A stretch of DNA of 64,000 nt from a virus (Duplodnaviria; Caudoviricetes). Position 1 is the stretch's first letter, and each line of letters opens with the position of its first letter. Location of the stretch: positions 64,001 to 128,000 of IMG/VR virus record IMGVR_UViG_3300032280_000442; one strand, 5' to 3'. A program made the translations under genes and the position numbers. Below, in pieces: positions 38,545 through 48,242 of this stretch. The notes under the pieces are model-generated. The model did no database searches, had not been told where the DNA came from, and was given only the letters and a program-made list of their open reading frames with translations.

Positions 38545-38865
38545 TTATTTTCCTATTATCAGGTCGTCAAACCCTAGTTTATTCATTCCTCCAATTTCTT
38601 CATCATCTTTTAGTTCATCATACATATATGCTTTAACTACCGATGTAATACTTTGTTCCGCTTGGGCTATTTTACTTTCCATCCAATCGTCCAATTGTTC
38701 ATTACCTTCTTCTTCCATTCTCTCCCACATTTTCTCAGCTAACTTAGCGATGATGTATAGCTGTTGTTTCGCCATATACGAACCTTTACCTTCACCCTCT
38801 TTAATGGTTTTCATTTTGGTAACCAACTTTTCAAGTTGTTTTTCTGTTAATATAATGTCCTTCAT
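38545..38865 (-). CDS. hypothetical protein with MKDIILTEKQ leader (start 38865)
   Basis: YMAKQQL...LDDWMESKI. Confidence 0.8.
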   Translation of the reverse strand: MKDIILTEKQLEKLVTKMKTIKEGEGKGSYMAKQQLYIIAKLAEKMWERMEEEGNEQLDDWMESKIAQAEQSITSVVKAYMYDELKDDEEIGGMNKLGFDDLIIGK

Positions 38866-38978
38866 ACTTATTTTATTTATAAATATCATAGAAAGCAAAA
38901 AACCCCCACTTTATGTGAGGGTTAATTTTAGGACCGACTGAATTGTCGGCGACTCCACCATCCTATCTTTAAAGAGAA

Positions 38979-39482
38979 TTAGGAAAACTCCGCAGTTGAT
39001 GATACTCTTAGACCATCAATTTCTTTATCATAATAATTTGATATATTAATAAAACTTGGTCTGTAATCAGGTTTTTTACTTTGTTCCAAAACGTAATTTT
39101 CATCCAACACATAACCATCCGGTTGACTCCACTCCAACGCCATCTTAATGAATTCTTCAACATTTTGTAATTCACCATATTCATCGATAATTCTACCTGA
39201 ACGAATGAACTTTAATAGCTCTTCCTTATTAATGTAGTATTTACCTTCTTGGAAGTTCCATAAAAATTTCCAACCTAAACTTCTCTTTCCTATATGAATT
39301 TTCATACCATCAAGGAATTCATCCCAAGCGGACCATTTCTCAAAACCTTTATCAGTGGTTCTAAAACCATTATAAATGTTCTCCGGACTCCATATATCCA
39401 AATCATTTATCTTCTCTACTAAGTCAAGGTATTTAATTCTAACCTCACCTGATTTTGGTATTCTGTAATAATTAGTTGACAT
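38979..39482 (-). CDS. hypothetical phage protein
   Basis: MSTNYY...HIGKRSLGWKFLW. Confidence 0.8.
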   Translation of the reverse strand: MSTNYYRIPKSGEVRIKYLDLVEKINDLDIWSPENIYNGFRTTDKGFEKWSAWDEFLDGMKIHIGKRSLGWKFLWNFQEGKYYINKEELLKFIRSGRIIDEYGELQNVEEFIKMALEWSQPDGYVLDENYVLEQSKKPDYRPSFINISNYYDKEIDGLRVSSTAEFS

Positions 39483-39492
39483 ATCTTTTTAA

Positions 39493-39768
39493 TTATTTAG
39501 TTACTAACGCTTCTACTTTACTTCTCATATGGTCCGCCAACGACATCTCAAATGTTGATGTTACGATTATCGAATCCACTAAATATTTGTGTGGAACGTG
39601 AATTAAGAAGTCACTCCCGTTGAAGAAAGTCAAATCATTTTTCAGTTCAAGACAACCCTGAACCATCTTCAAGAATAACTTAAATTGGATTGCATCCACG
39701 AATGTTTCGTGTAATAGTTTCCCGAACTTCTCGTTCTCAATTCTAATGGTGTAATTTGATGTAGTCAT
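39493..39768 (-). CDS. hypothetical protein
   Basis: TTTG-N19-TATATTTG promoter 39789-39819. Confidence 0.8.
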   Translation of the reverse strand: MTTSNYTIRIENEKFGKLLHETFVDAIQFKLFLKMVQGCLELKNDLTFFNGSDFLIHVPHKYLVDSIIVTSTFEMSLADHMRSKVEALVTK

Positions 39769-39816
39769 ATCTATATGTTTTGTGAGTACAAATATAATAC
39801 TTTTATTTTAATAAAC

Positions 39817-39895
39817 AAAAAAAACCTCAACAAATTTTACTCTGTTGAGGTTTTAATAACACCAGCTATAAAGAAAGGGGCTGTTGGCTTATGAG
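39817..39895 (-). ncRNA. candidate sRNA between a TATTTATA motif and a terminator
   Basis: no ORF; hairpin with CCCUUUCUUU loop then AAAACCUCAACA/UGUUGAGGUUUU. Confidence 0.4.
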
Positions 39896-39927
39896 ATTAT
39901 AAATATACAATAAAATTAAAAAAGTTA

Positions 39928-40350
39928 CTATTTTTTTAAGATTCTCGTAATTAATCTATATAATTGGTCATTTTCATCTTCAAATGGTAGATTTTCAAGG
40001 TCAAAATATCCACATTCAGTATGTTCATCACCATCGATAGCATTTTCCAAGTCCGGATGTATCTTTTCATCAGTCTCCATTAAAAACACATACATCAATC
40101 CTTTTACTTCCGAACCATCACGATTATGTCTTTTAACAAATCCAACTAATTTTAAATCATTATCTAAAGTATAATCGGTTTCTTCTTTAAATTCCCTCTT
40201 AATTCCATCCATAGGATGTTCATTTTTTTCCAAATTACCACCAGGTATACTCCATTGTCCGGGCAAACTACCTGTAGCATTTCTTTTACATAGTAATACT
40301 TCATCACTACATTTAACAATTACACCGGAATATCGTTTTACTTTTTTCAT
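39928..40350 (-). CDS. NUDIX hydrolase
   Basis: WSIPGGNLEKNEHPMDGIKREFKEET. Confidence 0.9.
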   Translation of the reverse strand: MKKVKRYSGVIVKCSDEVLLCKRNATGSLPGQWSIPGGNLEKNEHPMDGIKREFKEETDYTLDNDLKLVGFVKRHNRDGSEVKGLMYVFLMETDEKIHPDLENAIDGDEHTECGYFDLENLPFEDENDQLYRLITRILKK

Positions 40351-40379
40351 TTTATATTTTTTTGTGTATTTATAAGTAT

Positions 40380-40727
40380 ATGGAATTAACTATAAATAAA
40401 AATAACTTTAAAGTCAAAACTGTTATTTCATCTAAAGACACTAGTCAAGGAATGATGAACAAAAAATTTGACCATACTTTTAATGGTATGTTATTTATTA
40501 TGTCCGAAGGTCAACACTGTTTTTGGATGAAGAATTGTTTGGTAAATTTGGATATAATTTTTATTGAAGATGATGTTATAACAGAAATTCACCACAACTG
40601 TCCTCCTTGTAAAACCAAAGATTGTAGAAACTATTGTGGTGAAGGTGATATGATACTTGAACTTCAGGGCGGAACCTGTAAAAAGTTAGGTATTAAATCT
40701 GGTGATAAAGTTATTCACTACGATTGA
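40380..40727 (+). CDS. DUF192 family protein (start 40380)
   Basis: GMM...GMLF...FWMKNC..LDIIFI...LELQGG. Confidence 0.85.
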   Translation: MELTINKNNFKVKTVISSKDTSQGMMNKKFDHTFNGMLFIMSEGQHCFWMKNCLVNLDIIFIEDDVITEIHHNCPPCKTKDCRNYCGEGDMILELQGGTCKKLGIKSGDKVIHYD

Positions 40728-42124
40728 TTTATCTTCTCCTGTAATAATTTCACAAACTCATTCTGAATCATTTTAGTAAACTTAACATACGGAGCGTCTT
40801 CCGAATCAGGATTGTATTTATAATTCCCTTTTGGTGGTCTAGTATTTCTACCCATAAAGTTTAATCCTGATATGTTTGTAATACATTTGTGTCCACCACT
40901 ATTTGCCTGAATGAAATCCCAAGCATTTACATTAATACCGTCCAACATTTGTTTATCGTCTTCAGATAACTCAGAAAAAGGTTTTTCCATCATTTGACCA
41001 ATATGGATTAAATCTTTCCTACCATCTTCTCTATTTTTAAATTCTTTACCATACAAGGCGATGAAATCTTTAAATGTAAAACCTGTTGATTCCGGATTAA
41101 AATCTTTTGATGATTCTGAAATCCATTTAATTGTTGATAACGGAATCTCTCTTTGTTTTAATTGGTCTTCCCATTTAGATAAAACCTCTTGAGCAATCTC
41201 ACCTAAATTCACACCTTTTAATTGACGCTCACTTTTAAATGGATTACAAGATGCTTGAACTAATCCTAATGGCCAAGCAATAACAATAAAGTCAGCCTCC
41301 GGATTATTTTTGAATGGTGTATATCTATCGTATGAACCTGGTTTAAACATTGAACCACCTCCATATTGAACTATGACATTCCCTAATACTTTAACATTCG
41401 GATTAGTTTGCATTGATTTAACATACTCATCTTTATTCACTTCAAGTTGTTCCGGCTTAGCATATCCTTTCTCAACCATTATTCTTTTAATTGTATGAAG
41501 AATGTTTAATAAAGATGGTGAACATTCCATAACCAAAGTTTCTAAGAACTCCGGTTTGTTTTTAAATGCTAATAATAGTTTGTTAACAACTAACCCCATT
41601 AACATTTTATTTTTTTGTAATGACTTATCTTTATCTAATTTAAATAAATAAGAAATTACTTCATCTACCGAAATGTTGTTAACCGCATAATTTGCAGAAT
41701 CAACAGTTGAAATAAGTAATATATCTGAAGATGGAAATAATTCTTTAGGAGAAACAACCTGAGAAATTGTTTCAACATTTGAACGAGAACTTCTAAAAGA
41801 TGTTGATTTAGTATCTTCAGCACCGGCTTGTCTATCGTGGTGGTCCGTATGAATTACAAACATTGGTTTTCCGTGAGCAAAATCCACTAATACCGGCATT
41901 GTGTCACCTTTAGCATCATTCTTTTTTACCGCAAACTCTTTATCACCATATTGAATAATGTGAGCCCCAACAACTTTAATACCATTGTTTTCAAGGTATT
42001 GTTTCATTGCTATAGCCGTAGTCACACCATCTAAATCTTGGTGAAAATATATTTCCGCTTTGGGATATCTTTTAGAAAGAGCATTAATATCTCTTAATCC
42101 ACTTTCTTTTATAAGTTTTTTCAT
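40718..42124 (-). CDS. DHH-family phosphoesterase with MKKLIKE leader
   Basis: HQDLDG, VDF, TDHH, SGGH. Confidence 0.85.
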   Translation of the reverse strand: MKKLIKESGLRDINALSKRYPKAEIYFHQDLDGVTTAIAMKQYLENNGIKVVGAHIIQYGDKEFAVKKNDAKGDTMPVLVDFAHGKPMFVIHTDHHDRQAGAEDTKSTSFRSSRSNVETISQVVSPKELFPSSDILLISTVDSANYAVNNISVDEVISYLFKLDKDKSLQKNKMLMGLVVNKLLLAFKNKPEFLETLVMECSPSLLNILHTIKRIMVEKGYAKPEQLEVNKDEYVKSMQTNPNVKVLGNVIVQYGGGSMFKPGSYDRYTPFKNNPEADFIVIAWPLGLVQASCNPFKSERQLKGVNLGEIAQEVLSKWEDQLKQREIPLSTIKWISESSKDFNPESTGFTFKDFIALYGKEFKNREDGRKDLIHIGQMMEKPFSELSEDDKQMLDGINVNAWDFIQANSGGHKCITNISGLNFMGRNTRPPKGNYKYNPDSEDAPYVKFTKMIQNEFVKLLQEKINQS

Positions 42125-42125
42125 A

Positions 42126-42479
42126 TTACATTTCAGGCATTATCACAATTGCAATCACATCACCACTTTTCAAACCCTTACTTAATGAGCAACCTTTGTT
42201 AATTCTAATAAGGTCATCAACACTAGTAACACCAGGATGTTTTGACGCAATGTCACTTAGTGTATCACCTGATTTAACTTTATATAATTTAACATTATAA
42301 CCATAAGCGGATTGAAGTCGTTTTGGGTCACCAAAACAGTATTTACCACCCATTTCAGGTTTAATATTATTCATTTGAACACTAACTTCTTTTTGTCGGT
42401 TCATTTGCTCACTAACTAAACCATATTTAGAAAGGATGTCACCTTTTTCTTCTTCAGTAATTATAAATCTTTTTGCCAT
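42126..42479 (-). CDS. LysM-domain protein with MAKRFIITEEEK leader
   Basis: YKVKSGDTLSDIASKH...LIRIN...LKSGDVI. Confidence 0.88.
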   Translation of the reverse strand: MAKRFIITEEEKGDILSKYGLVSEQMNRQKEVSVQMNNIKPEMGGKYCFGDPKRLQSAYGYNVKLYKVKSGDTLSDIASKHPGVTSVDDLIRINKGCSLSKGLKSGDVIAIVIMPEM

Positions 42480-42523
42480 AGTAATTGTTTTAGTTATAAA
42501 TATACGGAAAATAAAAAAGAGGA

Positions 42524-43387
42524 TTAAACTTCCTCTTCTTTTAACTCTAATTTTGTTTGTCTTCTCTCATCAATTAACGCTTGAACTCTTTTTCTAGCAA
42601 TCTCCGTATAATCCGGTGATAACTCAATCCCTAACCATCTTCGGTCCAATAGTTCCGCAGCGAACGCCGAAGTTCCGCTACCCATAAAAGGGTCAAGTAC
42701 AATATCATTCTTGTAAGTTAATATCTTAATCGCCTTTGATGGAATATCCATTGAGAATGTGGCTTTAGTTAATGACCTAGTATCAGCAAAATATTCCCAT
42801 CTTCCAAATACCAAGTTCATAAACTCTTTCTTATCATCGTCTTGGTATACCATTTTGTTTTTGATTGACCCATCAGGCTGTTCAATATCAGTTGGAACAC
42901 CTTTCCATTGTGATTCTCCTTTGGTTAGTTTCTTATTAGTTTTTTTATAAGCTAATATTATACACTCCTTTGGGTTGTAAATATAAGGACAACTAGCACT
43001 CATCCAACTTCCCCAAGCAGTTTGTCTAACTCTATGGGGACTATCCTCAGTTAAATCAACCATACCAAAGAACTTAAACCCAACCTCTTTCATCTTCATC
43101 CAAAACTCTGCGTTGAATAATATCCTTCCACCTCTCTCTTGAACGTTTATCTCAATTGGAACATTAATCGCCACACGACCGTCATCTTTTAATACCCTGA
43201 ATACCTGACTTAGCCAATCAATAGTGAATTCCCAATATTCGTCCATAGGAATACTATCATTATAAACATCATACTTAATCCCCGCAGAATATGGGGGACT
43301 AGTCACCACCATATCAATACAACCTTCCGGTAATGTCTTCATCACCTCAACACAATCACCATTTATAATCTTTCCTGTCTCTATCAT
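42524..43387 (-). CDS. beta-class amino-DNA methyltransferase (SPPY; likely N4-cytosine)
   Basis: VTSPPY precedes DPFMGSGT. Confidence 0.92.
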   Translation of the reverse strand: MIETGKIINGDCVEVMKTLPEGCIDMVVTSPPYSAGIKYDVYNDSIPMDEYWEFTIDWLSQVFRVLKDDGRVAINVPIEINVQERGGRILFNAEFWMKMKEVGFKFFGMVDLTEDSPHRVRQTAWGSWMSASCPYIYNPKECIILAYKKTNKKLTKGESQWKGVPTDIEQPDGSIKNKMVYQDDDKKEFMNLVFGRWEYFADTRSLTKATFSMDIPSKAIKILTYKNDIVLDPFMGSGTSAFAAELLDRRWLGIELSPDYTEIARKRVQALIDERRQTKLELKEEEV

Positions 43388-43388
43388 A

Positions 43389-43700
43389 TTACTCTTTTAA
43401 TTGGTATTCCCAACCATCTTCTTTTTTAATTGGTGTTATCTCTAAATCCAAGAACACCGCGTTTTGGTCCGAAGCATATAATCCAAGAATATTATAATCA
43501 TAAAACTCCTCAGCCTCACCCATCGTCATTAGGTCTCTCTCTTGTAGGATGTTTAATATTCTTTGTTTGGAATACAACATCTTTCTTCCCGGAGAACCAA
43601 AGTCCTCAACAATCCCAACGATTGCACTTTCTAATCCGTCTAATAGAACCGCACCTTCCGCGTATTCATCAATATCAACTGTTACTCTCAAGTCTTTCAA
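43389..43700 (-). CDS. hypothetical phage protein
   Basis: DGLESAIVG...EAEEFYDYNILG. Confidence 0.75.
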   Translation of the reverse strand: MKDLRVTVDIDEYAEGAVLLDGLESAIVGIVEDFGSPGRKMLYSKQRILNILQERDLMTMGEAEEFYDYNILGLYASDQNAVFLDLEITPIKKEDGWEYQLKE

Positions 43701-43905
43701 TTTTACGATTCAAATAAAACATCGCCTTTTTCAAGTCCTCAATTTCTTTATTCGAATCTTTCTTACCCGCTCTTGCAACATACTTAACCACGTTGAAGAT
43801 GTAAGCATCCTTATCAAGACCCCAAGCCTCACACACTTTTACAACCTCATATGGATTGTCCTGACCACCATAATGTTCCGGGTGGTTTACCATTTCTTTA
43901 CTCAT
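43675..43905 (-). CDS. DUF3310-family protein
   Basis: VNHPEHY...NVVKYVARAGKK...EDLKKA.FYL. Confidence 0.88.
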   Translation of the reverse strand: MSKEMVNHPEHYGGQDNPYEVVKVCEAWGLDKDAYIFNVVKYVARAGKKDSNKEIEDLKKAMFYLNRKIERLESNS

Positions 43906-44123
43906 AATTTTACTATATAATATTTTCCTAATTTTACACTTTTTGTATACCCATTTCTAACGGAGAATAATGGTTTTGTTGTAACATTAACACCAATACC
44001 ATTATTAAATCTTATTGACCAACCTGATGGTGATTTACTGTATAATATTGATTGATTAAACATCTTAATTACAGTCTGACTACATCCATAACCTATGTGA
44101 TATGTTTTTTTAGACAGCCACAT
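43902..44123 (-). CDS. hypothetical protein
   Basis: ORF in coupled operon. Confidence 0.65.
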   Translation of the reverse strand: MWLSKKTYHIGYGCSQTVIKMFNQSILYSKSPSGWSIRFNNGIGVNVTTKPLFSVRNGYTKSVKLGKYYIVKL

Positions 44124-44292
44124 AATATCCGCTACTTAATTTACTTTCTTTTATATAACCCTCAGAAATTAAAATTTCTAATTGTTGTTTTGTTTCATCC
44201 ATATCCTTTTTAAGGATGTATTTGGAGATGTAATTAATATGGATTGGTTGTCTTAACTTATCCATCAAAGTTTTTATTTGTCTTTTGTCCAT
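44110..44292 (-). CDS. small winged-helix-like protein
   Basis: ORF; LEILISEGYIKE. Confidence 0.6.
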   Translation of the reverse strand: MDKRQIKTLMDKLRQPIHINYISKYILKKDMDETKQQLEILISEGYIKESKLSSGYYVAV

Positions 44293-45059
44293 TATGATAA
44301 TAATTTTCTAGTTATTTTAACATTTTGATTAATATATGATAATATTTTTCTTTTAAAAATTGGAACCAATGTTTCTTCTAACGGGAACACATCATTACAA
44401 AACACCTCAAAGATTGGACAATCCTCTTCTTTATTTTTCTCATATGTTTTTGAAAAAGTAGAGATAATTTCCGGTATAGTCAAACTATCCTGTTGTCCTT
44501 TGAAAACTAATTTTAAAGATGTTTTTGTTTGACTTTTGGTTTTATACACCTTTCTTGTGGTATATTGCCAAACATATAAAGTCTCAGGTGTTTTGTAAGA
44601 GAAGAATCCTGATTTACTTTGTAGATTGTTTTTATTTTTCTTAACAACAACATCAATAGAGTCGTAAACAATGCTCCATATTGATTTTGCAAAGTTGAAA
44701 TAGTCGTGTAGTTGTGGTTGACTAATTTTTAAGATTTTTTGATACTCAATAACTTCCTCGTCATCTAACACAGGAATATCTTTAACCTTTAAATCAGATA
44801 ACACTAGTTCATCATCATTAGAAGTTAATTTTCTATCAACATATAAAATTTTGTTTTGTGTAAGTAAGGTCTGTATATTACCCAAATGTAACGAAAGTTC
44901 GATAAACATCGGGTAGACCTCCATTCTCTCAAGATGTTTATTCATCTTTTGGAAGTAGTCCAATAAAACATATTGTTTTTGTTCGGCGTCGAGAATACCA
45001 TCAAATAACCAATCAGTATCCATTATAAAATTATTCTTATTTTTCTGTCTCATTTCCAT
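44292..45059 (-). CDS. hypothetical protein
   Basis: LDAEQKQYVLLDY...PLEETLVPIFKRK. Confidence 0.8.
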   Translation of the reverse strand: MEMRQKNKNNFIMDTDWLFDGILDAEQKQYVLLDYFQKMNKHLERMEVYPMFIELSLHLGNIQTLLTQNKILYVDRKLTSNDDELVLSDLKVKDIPVLDDEEVIEYQKILKISQPQLHDYFNFAKSIWSIVYDSIDVVVKKNKNNLQSKSGFFSYKTPETLYVWQYTTRKVYKTKSQTKTSLKLVFKGQQDSLTIPEIISTFSKTYEKNKEEDCPIFEVFCNDVFPLEETLVPIFKRKILSYINQNVKITRKLLS

Positions 45060-45107
45060 ATTGTATTATTTCAAATATACAGGAAAAGATTAGAAAAAGG
45101 AATAGTT

Positions 45108-46469
45108 TTAATTAATTCTCATTATGTAATAAGTCTCACCGGCAACATTAATACTATCGTAATTACCGTCATAACTATTCATAATACCCCAACCATCAGA
45201 GTCAACTAACCCTTGAGCTAAAGCGTCTTCATCTATATATTCCTTGAAGTCTAAACCATAGTTTCTAAGATAATCTAATGGGTCTCTTTTTACATCTCTA
45301 ACCAACTCATAAACTTTATTTTCAATCATATCTTCGGTTGGTTCAGTATCAACTTCAATACTATCTAATTCTTCTTGGAGAGCTTCTATCTGATTATCTA
45401 AATCTTCTTCGTAGTCATAATAATTGTCATCATCTGAATCCAATTCAAGTTTTTGTTGTTCTAAATCTTCTATTTGTGACTCAATTTGTTCTATTCTTTC
45501 TTCTTGTTCCGAAGTCAATTCATAATCATCATCATTAAAATAACTATCAGGGTTCTCTCTTACTTCATAATCATAATCTTCTTCTGCCATTCTAACAATT
45601 GCATCAACATCCAAATAATCTTCAATAAATGATTCACTAAATCCATCAGCACCCACATCATCAATATAAGACACTGCATATTGTAATGCCGCAGCATCCA
45701 TTTCTTCTTCAGTTCCAACAGTATATTCTCTATCTCTGAAACCAGATATTAAAACCTCAAATTGTTGTAAACCATAATGAGTATATCTTGATGCGTACAT
45801 CATATAAACATCCGCATTATTCTCTTCTAATTCTTCAATTTCTGTTTGTGTTTCATCAATAGTTTCTTGTAATTCATATGCTCTCTCGTCATTATCATCA
45901 AGTCCCTCATACTCTTGTTCCAAATCTTGAAGTTTACGTCTCAAAATTGTTAATTTTTCAATATCCTCATCCGATAATGGTTCAATCTCACCATTATTAA
46001 CTAAATTGTCAAATAATGCGTGAGCTTTCTCTCCGGTCTCATCTCCCTGTTCTAAAGCCCATTCGTCACTATCACGAAGAGATTCTTGTTCACCAAGTTT
46101 AGCATTTAGTTCTTGTTTCTCTCTAATTCTTTCGCGAGGAGAACCACCATCAGAAATATATTTTTTAACTTGTAAACCACCTAAGTCACCCACTTTAGTA
46201 TTACGAATATCTAATGAACCATCAATATAAGCTATTGGCCCAATATCTTTAACATCCTTACCACCCAAATCTAAATCTCCGGTAATGTATAATGGTTTAC
46301 CACCATATTGTTTCATTTTTCTAAAAACATTACCATTATAACTGGCATATCTCATCACATCCAAATAATCCTCAGGAGATATTCTATAATATTCGTCCTC
46401 AGTTTCTTTGATGATTTTCTTAATTACATTATATAATTCGGATTCTGTAAGTCTCAATTTTCTACTCAT
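45108..46469 (-). CDS. acidic coiled-coil protein with MSRKLRLTESEL leader (start 46469)
   Basis: GDLDL/GSLDI short repeat; two acidic coiled coils. Confidence 0.85.
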   Translation of the reverse strand: MSRKLRLTESELYNVIKKIIKETEDEYYRISPEDYLDVMRYASYNGNVFRKMKQYGGKPLYITGDLDLGGKDVKDIGPIAYIDGSLDIRNTKVGDLGGLQVKKYISDGGSPRERIREKQELNAKLGEQESLRDSDEWALEQGDETGEKAHALFDNLVNNGEIEPLSDEDIEKLTILRRKLQDLEQEYEGLDDNDERAYELQETIDETQTEIEELEENNADVYMMYASRYTHYGLQQFEVLISGFRDREYTVGTEEEMDAAALQYAVSYIDDVGADGFSESFIEDYLDVDAIVRMAEEDYDYEVRENPDSYFNDDDYELTSEQEERIEQIESQIEDLEQQKLELDSDDDNYYDYEEDLDNQIEALQEELDSIEVDTEPTEDMIENKVYELVRDVKRDPLDYLRNYGLDFKEYIDEDALAQGLVDSDGWGIMNSYDGNYDSINVAGETYYIMRIN

Positions 46470-46530
46470 ATCAATAAATATCAACGAAGATACAAAATTT
46501 ATTTACTTATTACCATTATTATTGATATTT

Positions 46531-47127
46531 ATGAATAATATGAATTGTGGAATATACAAAATAGTGAATATTAAAAACAATAAAATTTATATTGGAAGCT
46601 CTGTTAATTTAAATAGCCGAGAATATAAACATTTTTGGATGTTAGAAAAAAATATTCACGACAATGATTATTTACAAAATTCATATAACAAATATGGTAA
46701 AGAAACTTTTTGTTTCGATATTGTTGAATTTTGTTTACCCGAAGAGTTAATTGTAAAAGAAAATTATTATATAAATAAGTATAAATCAAACAATTTATTG
46801 TTTGGATATAATTTAGCAACAGTAAACGAATTTAGACGTAACACCTATAACAACGAAGTTAAAATTAAATTATCTAAACATAATTTAGAAAAAAATGGAA
46901 ATATTAAAGTATTTTCATTAACAAATATTAAAACAAATGAAGAATTTATCTTCAATACGTTAGTTGACGGAGCAAACTATTTAATTGAAAATGGATTTAC
47001 TAAAGGTAAACCAAGTTATATTAGAATGAAATTATCATCGTCATTACGGAATGTAAAAGTAAATAATGGTCATAATGGGTCAATTCGTAAAACCTGTTAC
47101 AAACATAAATTTAAAATAATAAACTAA
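46531..47127 (+). CDS. GIY-YIG homing endonuclease
   Basis: CGIYKIVNIKNNKIYIGSS...R...H...E...GYN. Confidence 0.9.
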   Translation: MNNMNCGIYKIVNIKNNKIYIGSSVNLNSREYKHFWMLEKNIHDNDYLQNSYNKYGKETFCFDIVEFCLPEELIVKENYYINKYKSNNLLFGYNLATVNEFRRNTYNNEVKIKLSKHNLEKNGNIKVFSLTNIKTNEEFIFNTLVDGANYLIENGFTKGKPSYIRMKLSSSLRNVKVNNGHNGSIRKTCYKHKFKIIN

Positions 47128-47145
47128 ACTTAAAATCAATTAATT

Positions 47146-47292
47146 ATGGCTTGCGGATGCAAAAATCAAGGAAATCAAACTCCACCACAACCAGCTCAAC
47201 AAACGAATACTCAAACAGGTCAAAGTCAACCACAAACTCAACCTATTCAAGAGTCAATTCGTAAAGTAGTTCAAAGATACTACAAGAAATAA
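47146..47292 (+). CDS. 48-aa peptide MACGCK...IQESIRKVV (not in ORF track)
   Basis: translated by hand; A-rich start context; terminator at 47321-47347. Confidence 0.7.
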   Translation: MACGCKNQGNQTPPQPAQQTNTQTGQSQPQTQPIQESIRKVVQRYYKK

Positions 47293-47394
47293 TAGCTAAA
47301 CGTTTGGGGTAAAAAATCACAGGGGACAATTTTGTTCCCTTTTTTTATTTATAATTAAAATTAATTTCGATATCATTTCGTATAATTTAAAAAT

Positions 47395-48213
47395 ATGAAA
47401 TACATAAATGAAAACTCAAATAGAGGATTGGTTAATTTATTCTCCGATTATATAGTTAACCAAATTAATAAAGACAAACAATACGATGTAGTCATTGAAG
47501 TAACCGATTGTGGTAAATTCTTTGTAATCAACGGAATGACAAACACCGATAAGATTTTAGATATGGTTAAGGTAAAAGAATCTTTCCTTGAATCTCACAA
47601 ATCATTATTAACAAATTTTGGATATGAAAATGTTAATGTGATTGACTTAATAATGTATGGGAAAGAATTATCAAAGAAAAATGAATATACTTTTGACTTT
47701 TATAATTCATCAAGACCAACTTATCATTACAGATTAATTAACTCTATAATTGAATCTCCTCAACCTAAATTCAATTCCATATCTTACACCAATAGATTAG
47801 AATATGAATTGGATTACTCTGAAAACAATACAAGTCATTTAGAATATTACACTTATACCCCGTTAAATATCTCATCGGAATTTCCACACGGATATAGTTT
47901 GAGTATGGGAAGACAAGAGTTATACTATTCAGAATACATCTGTAATCAATTATTTGATGTTATTCTAACCGACAAGTTAACTTTTAAATATTCATCCGTT
48001 AAACAAGACGAGGATAACCAAATAAACATTCAGTCAATGAGTTTATTCCCTAAAAAAGATGTTATCTCTATGATATTGGATGTGTTTGATTTTGATATGT
48101 TAAAATTTAATGATATGATTAAAGGTTACAACATTATGGAAGATATAACTAAACCGTTTGACAAAAAACCTTGGCTTATAAGAGATAAAATTAAAGACCT
48201 TATACTATTCTAA
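47395..48213 (+). CDS. hypothetical protein, weak resemblance to the SAM synthetase fold
   Basis: LFSDYIV...VVIEV...VINGMT; canonical GHPDK/GAGDQG motifs absent. Confidence 0.7.
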   Translation: MKYINENSNRGLVNLFSDYIVNQINKDKQYDVVIEVTDCGKFFVINGMTNTDKILDMVKVKESFLESHKSLLTNFGYENVNVIDLIMYGKELSKKNEYTFDFYNSSRPTYHYRLINSIIESPQPKFNSISYTNRLEYELDYSENNTSHLEYYTYTPLNISSEFPHGYSLSMGRQELYYSEYICNQLFDVILTDKLTFKYSSVKQDEDNQINIQSMSLFPKKDVISMILDVFDFDMLKFNDMIKGYNIMEDITKPFDKKPWLIRDKIKDLILF

Positions 48214-48242
48214 TAAAAAATCCCCAATCAAGGGGATTTTTT

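Noticed and set aside
38928-38968. Fluoride riboswitch (GAUGG...CGCC resemblance)
   Set aside because: The downstream conserved UGAUG element is lacking, and it sits after a gene with no relevant regulated ORF.
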